The translations under genes and the position numbers were made by a program. From the IMG/VR virus record IMGVR_UViG_3300036945_000745: a DNA stretch of 64,000 nt. One strand, 5' to 3'. Positions within the stretch are counted from its first letter, which is position 1. Every line of letters begins with the position of its first letter. The DNA comes from a virus. Its lineage: Duplodnaviria > Heunggongvirae > Uroviricota > Caudoviricetes. Positions 56,253 to 64,000 of this stretch are shown in pieces. The notes beneath the pieces were generated by a model. That model was given only the letters and a program-made list of their open reading frames with translations. It was not told where the DNA came from and made no database searches.

Positions 56253-57152
56253 CTATACTATTTTATTAATTTCCATTTCAAATGATTGATTTGCTTGATT
56301 CCTAAAATCATCTTTTCTATCAATTCGTTTTATTAATGTATCATAATGGGTTCTATCTCTATAAACATAGTTTTCACATACAACATAATTTTTTAATTTA
56401 AATTGATACATCTGCTCACCATTTTGATTTAATTTCTCAGATGCCCACATAATAAACGTATCATCCGGCCCATAGTGTCCCATCGATTCAGGCAAAGGTG
56501 CTCTATCTAATAGTGGTTTTGATAAACAATTAAACCAACCTCCACCGAATTTCATTTTAGGTTGACCCGGCACATTATTTAAAACAGTTTCCAATGTAAC
56601 ATCGCCAATTTCTCCACTATCTATAAATGGATTATTTATTTTACAATATCCAACTTCCTTATTAAGAAAATTTTCATTCACTAAACAATCCCAAGTCGTA
56701 TCCCATATCTTTACACATTCTGGACTGATTATATATTTTTGTAAATTATCAGTTTCAGCTATTCTATCAATACTTGCTTCAATATAATATAAGATTCTGT
56801 CATCAAAACATATATCTGTATCCAACCAAATAAAATGAGTTGCATCCTTACATTCATTATGAGCTATTCTTCTCAATGATGTACATCCCATAATATCCTC
56901 TCTGATATGGAATGAAGTTTTCCCAGCCCATTCAGTTAATGGTTTCAATTTATTAAATCTATCGATAAAATATTGCTTATCCAATTTAGAATTACTCCAA
57001 TCAACCAAAAAGTCATCTACCGTAAGTGCTAAATATAATTCATAATTTTCACCTTTAATGTACTTAGATGCTTTATTTAAATCCATTAAAATTCTTTCCA
57101 AATCATCAATTTCATTTGGCATTATAAAAGTTGTAATAACTATTTTTTTCAT
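56253..57152 (-). CDS. putative glycosyltransferase-like protein
   Basis: HFIWLDTDICFDD (DxD-like); in the sugar cluster. Confidence 0.35.
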   Translation of the reverse strand: MKKIVITTFIMPNEIDDLERILMDLNKASKYIKGENYELYLALTVDDFLVDWSNSKLDKQYFIDRFNKLKPLTEWAGKTSFHIREDIMGCTSLRRIAHNECKDATHFIWLDTDICFDDRILYYIEASIDRIAETDNLQKYIISPECVKIWDTTWDCLVNENFLNKEVGYCKINNPFIDSGEIGDVTLETVLNNVPGQPKMKFGGGWFNCLSKPLLDRAPLPESMGHYGPDDTFIMWASEKLNQNGEQMYQFKLKNYVVCENYVYRDRTHYDTLIKRIDRKDDFRNQANQSFEMEINKIV

Positions 57153-57925
57153 TTGTATTTGTTTATAACTAAATTATTTAATTTTGTATTTCTATCGTAT
57201 TGATGAACTAACACATATGGCGTTTCACCATTCATAATTATATCATCTTTTATTTTCAAATCCTTTGTAGTAGTCCCAACTTGTAATGCAAAATCCGAAC
57301 TAATGGATATTCTATCTCGTATAAGTTCATTGTGTATAATAAAATTAAATGAGCTCTGGTCGGTGAAATGTCTTGTATCTCCCGATTGAGATACTAACCA
57401 ATTTAACATCAATAATTCTTTTACAAATTTTCCCTTTCCAGCTATAACACCTACATTACCAATTGTGTTAGGTTTAATCCAATCCCAAAACATTGGTCCA
57501 TATCCTTCGTGAATATTTTTGTGTCCCCATGCTTCATTTTCATATGCAACACATTCGGATGCACAAATGATTTCAGTTTTAAGATTTTCTTTTAACCATT
57601 CCGATGGATTTGTTTGCCATACAATATCTCTAACATCTGTTGTGATTATATGATTCCACTCTCTATTATCGTTTTGTAAGAACCACCACATATCTACCAA
57701 TCGTTTCATATGAGGATGTCCTACTAATTCTGCACCATAACACTCCCATCCAAATGAAGAAAGATATTCAATCGTTTCGGTTGGTATGTTGTAGCATATC
57801 ATTACTTTATCACCATCAAATCCACAATCTTTTAGGGATTCAACATATACTTTAATCTTTTCTGGCAAATAGTTTGCAATTGCCGATATAACTAAATCTT
57901 TCATTATCTTCCGTATTTTTGCCAA
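57149..57925 (-). CDS. hypothetical protein in the sugar cluster
   Basis: 258-aa ORF. Confidence 0.4.
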   Translation of the reverse strand: MAKIRKIMKDLVISAIANYLPEKIKVYVESLKDCGFDGDKVMICYNIPTETIEYLSSFGWECYGAELVGHPHMKRLVDMWWFLQNDNREWNHIITTDVRDIVWQTNPSEWLKENLKTEIICASECVAYENEAWGHKNIHEGYGPMFWDWIKPNTIGNVGVIAGKGKFVKELLMLNWLVSQSGDTRHFTDQSSFNFIIHNELIRDRISISSDFALQVGTTTKDLKIKDDIIMNGETPYVLVHQYDRNTKLNNLVINKYK

Positions 57926-58644
57926 TCGTTATGTTTGAATAATCCCTCACCATGCGCAACTGAATAGTTTTGTTGTGCCCACCATTTACTGATGTTTCCT
58001 TCCAATCCAATACCCTCACCTGCGAATGGTTTAACGGTATCTAAGTAAAATTGCTTTTTATACATACACGGATTATTTGTCCAATTACCATATCGAGATG
58101 ATGTTAAAAAGTATTCACCAAACTGCCCTATGTATTCGGGAAATTCTTTTTTAGGGTCTAACCAATGTAACGAATCTAAAAGGTGCGGAGATGTACATCC
58201 AATCTCATCATCATAATAAGTAAGTTCTTTACCTTTATGTCTAAATGAGAAATGTGGATTACCAGGTTGCTCTCTGTGTCTATATCTTACAACATCAACA
58301 CTACCACCCAATAGTTCTAATCCCGATTCCAATCTTTGATAAGTGGTTTCTTTATTCTCTATTAGATTCCAATCGTGTTCTAATATTAGTACATTTTCGG
58401 ATTCGGCATTTTCAGTTAATTTTATAAATGCTTTACCAATACCAACATTTTGAGTTAAACCTATAAAATCTAATCCAAAGTGTTTTGCTATTTGGTAATC
58501 TTGCTCCGAAAACTCTTGGAATAAAATAGTAGTATCATTTACCATATTAAACAATCCATTCTGATGGTAAGTACTCAATGTATCCACTAATACTTGCCCA
58601 CTATTCCAAGCTAATATTCCAATACTAATTGGTAATTTTTGCAT
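57904..58644 (-). CDS. hypothetical protein in the sugar cluster (GT-A-like?)
   Basis: ISIGILAWNSGQ ... NVLILEHDWNL. Confidence 0.35.
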   Translation of the reverse strand: MQKLPISIGILAWNSGQVLVDTLSTYHQNGLFNMVNDTTILFQEFSEQDYQIAKHFGLDFIGLTQNVGIGKAFIKLTENAESENVLILEHDWNLIENKETTYQRLESGLELLGGSVDVVRYRHREQPGNPHFSFRHKGKELTYYDDEIGCTSPHLLDSLHWLDPKKEFPEYIGQFGEYFLTSSRYGNWTNNPCMYKKQFYLDTVKPFAGEGIGLEGNISKWWAQQNYSVAHGEGLFKHNDWQKYGR

Positions 58645-59311
58645 TTCTTAAATAATTTATAAAGTTATTGTAATCTTCTTTCTTTCTATCATTCCAAATA
58701 GGTTCATCCGATGTTGTACTCATTTCAGTATCAACTCTAAAATTTCTTAATACCGCTTTAGGTGTTGGGTTTACATCTTTTATAATATTATCCCCATACC
58801 ATATTTTTATGTCGTTTGGAATATCTATCCAATGGGTTTTATTCAACATAATAAAACAACCCCAACCCCAATCATTTACACCAGGTTGCCATACTTCTAA
58901 TATGGGGTCACCATCTATGTTTAGGGATTTATAATTACCTTCGCCCATTCCGATGATACCGAATTGATTTAATACATTTTCGGTTATTACTTCAAATATA
59001 TTTGGGTTAAAATTTATATCATCATTTATCAATGCTATTGATGTATTTTTGGCATTATGTATTCCCCAATTCCATGCTGGATTAACAAATATGTTTTCAC
59101 CAAATGAAACTATTCTCATTTTACCTTCTTGAGTATCACTAATAGATGTTAAAGTATTATCTATAACGATGATTTCATCCACATACTCACACTCATTTAA
59201 ATCTGAAAGTAGTCTTTTTGTTCTATTGGATTTCCAAAGTGTTGGTATTACTATACTATATTTATCCATTGTATAAATTGTTCGGGTGATATAATATTTA
59301 ACATATTCCAT
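58625..59311 (-). CDS. family-2 glycosyltransferase
   Basis: YSIVIPTLWKS...VDEIIVIDN. Confidence 0.5.
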   Translation of the reverse strand: MEYVKYYITRTIYTMDKYSIVIPTLWKSNRTKRLLSDLNECEYVDEIIVIDNTLTSISDTQEGKMRIVSFGENIFVNPAWNWGIHNAKNTSIALINDDINFNPNIFEVITENVLNQFGIIGMGEGNYKSLNIDGDPILEVWQPGVNDWGWGCFIMLNKTHWIDIPNDIKIWYGDNIIKDVNPTPKAVLRNFRVDTEMSTTSDEPIWNDRKKEDYNNFINYLRNAKITN

Positions 59312-59844
59312 TTATTCATAGAGTAGTGAGAATATGTTTTATAATTAGTAGTTGTTTCGTACGGAATATTAGTTCCTCTACGAATAATTCCGCAACCATA
59401 ATCAGTATCAACTACTTTAATATCTAAATCAATTGTTTCAACTCTTAATTCAGCAATTGCTTTCCACACATCGCCAGTCCATTCTCCACCATGGTCATCT
59501 CTTTCTTGCATCTTTTCAGTTGTTGGTAAACAATCGTGACAAACAATAGTTCCATTATCTGATAAATGATTTAAGGAATTTTCGATATCCTTCAATACTT
59601 GGTCTGAATGATGCAATCCATCTATAAAGATTATATCAAATTTTGCATTTTCATCTATTGATTCAAAATATTCATCCGATGTTCCAATAAATGTAACCTC
59701 TCCTCGTGGAAATGGGTCAATAGACACTTTACATTCCGCATTTATCAAATCGAAATTGGATGTTGGGTCTTGCGTTCCAATCTCTAAATAAGATTTATAT
59801 CCAAATTTTTGGATTAAAGTATTGATTATATCTGTTCTTTTCAT
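59251..59844 (-). CDS. class I SAM-dependent methyltransferase (CmcI/TylF-like)
   Basis: SYLEIGTQDP ... IIFIDGLHHSDQVLKDI ... NGTIVCHDC. Confidence 0.5.
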   Translation of the reverse strand: MKRTDIINTLIQKFGYKSYLEIGTQDPTSNFDLINAECKVSIDPFPRGEVTFIGTSDEYFESIDENAKFDIIFIDGLHHSDQVLKDIENSLNHLSDNGTIVCHDCLPTTEKMQERDDHGGEWTGDVWKAIAELRVETIDLDIKVVDTDYGCGIIRRGTNIPYETTTNYKTYSHYSMNKWNMLNIISPEQFIQWINIV

Positions 59845-60371
59845 TATATATTATTTAATCTTTCTAAATCATTTGAGCAAAGTATATCCGATATTTCATT
59901 TATTTTACTCTCTTCCATATCCCACCATTTTAATTCCAAAAGTTTATTGATTATATCATCATTAAATCTTTTACGAATTTGTTTAGCAGGATTTCCACCT
60001 ACTATTGTATAGGGTGGAACATCTTTCGTTACTACACTATATGCCGCAACAACCGCACCATCTCCAATCGTAACACCGCTCATTATGGATACATTCGTTG
60101 CAATCCATACATCATTCCCAATTGTAATATCACCATTCGATGTTGGGTGTCCCATACCTTTCTTCATTTTTGGGAATTTGGTATCATATATATGCCCAAA
60201 TGGATATGTGCTAAACCAATCTAATCTATGATTTGCTCCTAGAAACATAGTAACACCTTCTGCAATAGAGCAAAATTTACCTATTCTAATTTTTTCAGGT
60301 CCTTCGGTATGTATTATTCTTATACCATCGTGCCCGTATGTATTACTTCCTACTTCTTTCATATTCTCCAA
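59844..60371 (-). CDS. hexapeptide-repeat (LbH) O-acetyltransferase
   Basis: IGKFCSIAEGV ... ITIGNDVWIATNVSIMSGVTIGDGAVVAAYSVV ... GGNPAKQIRKRF. Confidence 0.75.
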   Translation of the reverse strand: MENMKEVGSNTYGHDGIRIIHTEGPEKIRIGKFCSIAEGVTMFLGANHRLDWFSTYPFGHIYDTKFPKMKKGMGHPTSNGDITIGNDVWIATNVSIMSGVTIGDGAVVAAYSVVTKDVPPYTIVGGNPAKQIRKRFNDDIINKLLELKWWDMEESKINEISDILCSNDLERLNNI

Positions 60372-61230
60372 TTAATGTATCTACAACTTGTATTTGTGTG
60401 TAATTATGCAATACTTTCATCATACCATTATGTGCGATTCTCTCCCTTTCTTCTTCGTTTTCGTTATAATAGTTCATCTTCTCTATACAATCAAACATAT
60501 CATTGTAGAAAACTATTTCCTCACCTTCTTTGAATATGGATTGTAATTCAGTTGTGATATTCAATCTATCAGTTAATACCAATTTGCCACAAGCCATTCC
60601 TTCGAATATTCTGCGAGTTATTTCACCCCATCTACTATTCTGAATAACCATCAAACCACTATTCAAAAATTCAGTATGTTCTTTTGGCCCCATACCATTT
60701 TTATTACCAACGGCACCTTCTGCCCATCTCGTAAGATGGTCTAAAAATTCCGAACTACCATATCCACGCGTAGTAACTGCTACATACTTCGGCTCAATAT
60801 TCATTGGATATTGAACTGCTGTATCGGCGAAGTGATTTACCCATATAGCATTAATACCTCTCCTAATATATTCTTTACAACTTTCGGATGCGGGTGTGAT
60901 TGTTAAATGGAATCGATTTGCTTTAGGATAGTTTCTTTCAAAGTTTTGAGGGTCATCTCCACTTTCTTGTATCCAAAAGGCAGGAACTAAATCTTTATTA
61001 AGATATTGTGAATCAAATCTACCCCAATCCATAAACAATACGATATCAGTTTGTGGTTTGGAATCTACCCAATTCTTTAAGTCGGTATCGTTTGTTTTAA
61101 TTATTTGTGTTTCCCATCCTCTCTCTTTAAATTCATTTATAAGAGCCATTGGTGTAGACCACGCCTCCCCATCTTTGTAATCGTATATGAATGTTATTTT
61201 ATTTTGCATATTCTTCTCTTTTAAATTCAA
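60343..61230 (-). CDS. GT-B (GT1/GT4-like) glycosyltransferase
   Basis: C-terminal ...IFEGMACGKLVLTDR... motif. Confidence 0.5.
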   Translation of the reverse strand: MNLKEKNMQNKITFIYDYKDGEAWSTPMALINEFKERGWETQIIKTNDTDLKNWVDSKPQTDIVLFMDWGRFDSQYLNKDLVPAFWIQESGDDPQNFERNYPKANRFHLTITPASESCKEYIRRGINAIWVNHFADTAVQYPMNIEPKYVAVTTRGYGSSEFLDHLTRWAEGAVGNKNGMGPKEHTEFLNSGLMVIQNSRWGEITRRIFEGMACGKLVLTDRLNITTELQSIFKEGEEIVFYNDMFDCIEKMNYYNENEEERERIAHNGMMKVLHNYTQIQVVDTLIGEYERSRK

Positions 61231-61837
61231 TTAGATAATGATTTTCTCCATCTTTATTATATGGAGAATATGGTTTCCAATCTATCCCATTTTGAATAAA
61301 ATTCGTTTCGGCTTTTGTTCTACTTTTACGAATACTATCCAATTTCAAGCTCTTAGCATATTTGCCGGTCATCCACCAAAAATTACCAGAATATATTCTC
61401 CAATTTGCAACAGATGTAAACAATACACCATATGTGTTGTAATTTGTTTTTTCAAAAATATTAAATACTTTCTTATTTAATTCTATATTATAATAATTCA
61501 TAAGATGTCTCCAACTTATTATATTATTATATGCTTCGGTACTTTGCTTAGATGCTCCCTTTGTGTGAAGATACAAAATATAATCCAAATCACCAAATTT
61601 ATGCTTATCGTTTTCTATCAAATCCAATGTAACAAACTCATTTGCATTAACTCTAACATCTCTAACATCTTTAACTTTATCAAAAATATGTGCTATGGAT
61701 TGATTTTGATTTACCAATACAATTCCAACGTTTAAGATATAAGGAAAATCAAAGTGCTTTTTAATTAAAGATAATTGTTCATCTATTATGGACTCAACGC
61801 CATCTATTGCATATATGTGATAATAGATGTGTACCAT
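61199..61837 (-). CDS. hypothetical protein in the sugar cluster
   Basis: 212-aa ORF. Confidence 0.4.
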   Translation of the reverse strand: MVHIYYHIYAIDGVESIIDEQLSLIKKHFDFPYILNVGIVLVNQNQSIAHIFDKVKDVRDVRVNANEFVTLDLIENDKHKFGDLDYILYLHTKGASKQSTEAYNNIISWRHLMNYYNIELNKKVFNIFEKTNYNTYGVLFTSVANWRIYSGNFWWMTGKYAKSLKLDSIRKSRTKAETNFIQNGIDWKPYSPYNKDGENHYLIEFKREEYAK

Positions 61838-62463
61838 TATAGAGTATCGTAATAGTTATTTTGCTTTTCTTGTCTTTCTATATTCTTTGGATGTATAATA
61901 CAATATATTTCTTCTAATGGAAAATTTGTATAATTTTCAAATCCACCGATTCTTTCGTGTACGTTACCATTCCATCCAATCTGCTCTGGCTTATTTTTAT
62001 ATATACGAGTCTGAACATCGGGAAAGTTTACCCATCCCTTTTCATTTACATTCCAACCCCATTTTTGAATATGTTCATCGGTTAATCCCTCGACTGTATT
62101 AATACGAGGAACTAAAATAAGGTCCTTATCTACATTAGCTTCCAATAGTGCTTCCAAATTTACAATCAAATCTGGTGTAAGATATTCATCTGCATCCAAT
62201 TGAAATATCCACTCACCTTTACATTGTGAGTTTAAAAAGTTTTTCCATTGTGCAAAATCGTTATTGAATTCGGATTCAATAAGTGTAATATGGTCGGCGT
62301 TTGCTTGAAGTTCTAAATATTCTATCAGTTCGGTAGGAGCTTTGGGTGTATCTAATAGAACTACTATTTCAGAATTCTCTTCTTTGTAGTTTAATAACTG
62401 ATTAACCAAACGAATGGTTTCTTCGACTTCATTACAAGCCGTTATTGCGTAACTTAATTTCAT
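61837..62463 (-). CDS. family-2 glycosyltransferase
   Basis: LSYAITACNE ... IVVLLDTP ... FQLDADEYL. Confidence 0.55.
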   Translation of the reverse strand: MKLSYAITACNEVEETIRLVNQLLNYKEENSEIVVLLDTPKAPTELIEYLELQANADHITLIESEFNNDFAQWKNFLNSQCKGEWIFQLDADEYLTPDLIVNLEALLEANVDKDLILVPRINTVEGLTDEHIQKWGWNVNEKGWVNFPDVQTRIYKNKPEQIGWNGNVHERIGGFENYTNFPLEEIYCIIHPKNIERQEKQNNYYDTL

Positions 62464-63295
62464 TTAAATATTCTTTTAATTGGTCTTTTGGTTGCCATCC
62501 CAATCTATTTAAGGCATCATCATTAATTCTAATGGTTTCTCTATAATTGCCTTTTACATCATCAACATATTGTATAGGATGTGGTGCAAATAAACTAGCT
62601 ACTTCATTCAAAGAGTAATTATGGCCTGTACCTAATTCCCAAGCATCTTCATGCGTTTCATTACTTTCAGCTATTCTAATTAACCCATCTACGATATCAT
62701 CTATATGCGTAAAATCTCTCTTTTGCTTACCATCTCCGTGAATTAAAATAGGAGTATTATTTTTTACAGCTGCCCTCCATAATCCAATTACAGCGGCCAT
62801 ATGAGAGTCTACCAATTCACCAGGCCCATATACATTATAGAATCTAACTATTTCAGCACTCATTCCAAATACTTTCTTTTCCATTTTAATCCACTCCTCA
62901 CCCATATGTTTACTCATTGCATATGGTGAAAGTTCTGGATTATGATGACGAGATGATGAACCTGCGTATATTAATTTTGAATTATTTCTATGTGCATAGC
63001 TAACAACTTCTTTAGTTCCATCGACATTAACTGAAAATGTTGTATATGGATTTTTAAAGGAGGGTTGTATTCTACTTAATGCTGCTAAATGAAAAATGTA
63101 ATCATATGGAGTATCTTTAATATTATCCATAGCCCTAATATCTCCAGCTAAAAACTTTACATATGGGGAAATCTTAGCTTCAGAACCGATTGATAGATTA
63201 TCAATCACATGGACTTTATAGCCTCTTTTAAGTAATTCAGATGATAGAGCGTATCCAACAAATCCTGCTCCTCCCGTAACTAATACTTTCTTCAT
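62432..63295 (-). CDS. NAD-dependent sugar epimerase/dehydratase (SDR)
   Basis: VLVTGGAGFVGYAL Rossmann motif; catalytic SPYAMSK (YxxxK). Confidence 0.8.
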   Translation of the reverse strand: MKKVLVTGGAGFVGYALSSELLKRGYKVHVIDNLSIGSEAKISPYVKFLAGDIRAMDNIKDTPYDYIFHLAALSRIQPSFKNPYTTFSVNVDGTKEVVSYAHRNNSKLIYAGSSSRHHNPELSPYAMSKHMGEEWIKMEKKVFGMSAEIVRFYNVYGPGELVDSHMAAVIGLWRAAVKNNTPILIHGDGKQKRDFTHIDDIVDGLIRIAESNETHEDAWELGTGHNYSLNEVASLFAPHPIQYVDDVKGNYRETIRINDDALNRLGWQPKDQLKEYLNEIKLRNNGL

Positions 63296-63531
63296 TAATC
63301 TTCGTTATGATATTTTTTAATCTCATCATCTCCACCCGTTGTATATGGTGGATTGTATGTTGAATTTGTATAATTCCAATTAGAAGTAATTGGTGATTTG
63401 AGAATTAATGGTTTATCCTCTACTTCTGCTAATTTATCTTTTAAAATATCCCATTGTTTTGGAGTAATATTAAATTCGTGTACTCCTTCTGAAAATCCTT
63501 TTAACCAAAGGACAAATTCGTTTGATGTCAT
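63295..63531 (-). CDS. hypothetical protein
   Basis: 78-aa ORF. Confidence 0.4.
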   Translation of the reverse strand: MTSNEFVLWLKGFSEGVHEFNITPKQWDILKDKLAEVEDKPLILKSPITSNWNYTNSTYNPPYTTGGDDEIKKYHNED

Positions 63532-63977
63532 TATGTATTTCTTTTTGGTGTTTTGTTAGGCGTAAGTTGATTGATATCCATATTTAATTCTATAACTTTA
63601 CCAAATCCACTAATCTTATAAGTTCGATAAGCATCGTTAGTTATTATTGGAATTCTGGATACAACATTTGTATAAAATTTCTTAGCTCCACCTTTCATTT
63701 GTAAAGTCTCTTCTTCTTCATCAACAAATTTACCAAAAAACTTTTTTATTAAATTTGGATTAACATTGGATACTTTAACTGCGTGAACTAAATTTTTAGC
63801 TTTAGATACAAACAATGTATAAATTATAGGAGCATTCGTTTCTGAATATTTCCCTTTAGTACCATCCACATATTCATATTCTTTTATAAGATAGAATTTA
63901 GCTCTAACCATTCTAGCTGGTTGAACTAAATTTCTATCATCTATAAATTTACGATATATTGGATTGTAATTAAGCAT
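63531..63977 (-). CDS. hypothetical protein
   Basis: 148-aa ORF. Confidence 0.45.
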   Translation of the reverse strand: MLNYNPIYRKFIDDRNLVQPARMVRAKFYLIKEYEYVDGTKGKYSETNAPIIYTLFVSKAKNLVHAVKVSNVNPNLIKKFFGKFVDEEEETLQMKGGAKKFYTNVVSRIPIITNDAYRTYKISGFGKVIELNMDINQLTPNKTPKRNT

Positions 63978-64000
63978 TACTTATTTAAACTTTTTAATTT

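Overview
Every supportable gene in this AT-rich 64-kb window lies on the minus strand; the plus-strand ORFs in the track are short or mirror low-complexity minus-strand genes. The content is typical of a large (jumbo-type) virus of a Bacteroidetes/Flavobacteriia-like host. The host is inferred, not observed: recurring sigma-A-type TAnnTTTG -7 boxes, Bacteroidetes-style signal peptides and lipoboxes, and T9SS-like C-terminal domains.

Main blocks in genome order:
1. Small hypotheticals, lipoproteins and membrane proteins (1-5.8 kb).
2. An SPFH/band-7 protein, then a CobS-like AAA+ ATPase with a CobT-like vWA partner (6-11.6 kb).
3. A split RNA-repair cassette: Rnl2-like ligase, P-loop kinase, calcineurin-type phosphoesterase and HAD phosphatase (14.2-17.9 kb).
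4. An array of at least 24 tRNAs covering all 20 amino acids. It is interspersed with an HNH endonuclease, a 3D-domain protein and atypical tRNA-like elements (17.9-22 kb).
5. About 1.5 kb with no ORFs, bounded by promoters and a terminator (22-23.5 kb).
6. An initiator tRNA-fMet with C1xA72 and A11:U24, and a tmRNA whose tag ends ...YAVAA.
7. A block of small hypotheticals that includes SpeD-like SAM decarboxylase and a secreted Serratia-type nuclease (24-33 kb).
8. A module of envelope-directed proteins (33.7-45.7 kb): two paralogous beta-barrel-domain proteins, an Ntn hydrolase, an LpxH-like enzyme, a GT2, a CsgG-like lipoprotein, small lipoproteins with T9SS-CTD-like tails, and two large signal-peptide proteins. 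One of the large proteins carries a canonical EPN C-type lectin domain.
9. ThyA, a holin candidate, a GH19 endolysin and a ParB-like protein.
10. A roughly 12.5-kb nucleotide-sugar and glycosyltransferase cluster (50.8-63.3 kb).

A conserved promoter core (TTTCGTATATTTG/A on the minus strand) recurs more than 15 times in at least two sub-families. Some copies sit next to a palindromic TTGAT(A/T)ATCAA operator-like motif. Several intrinsic terminators are visible.
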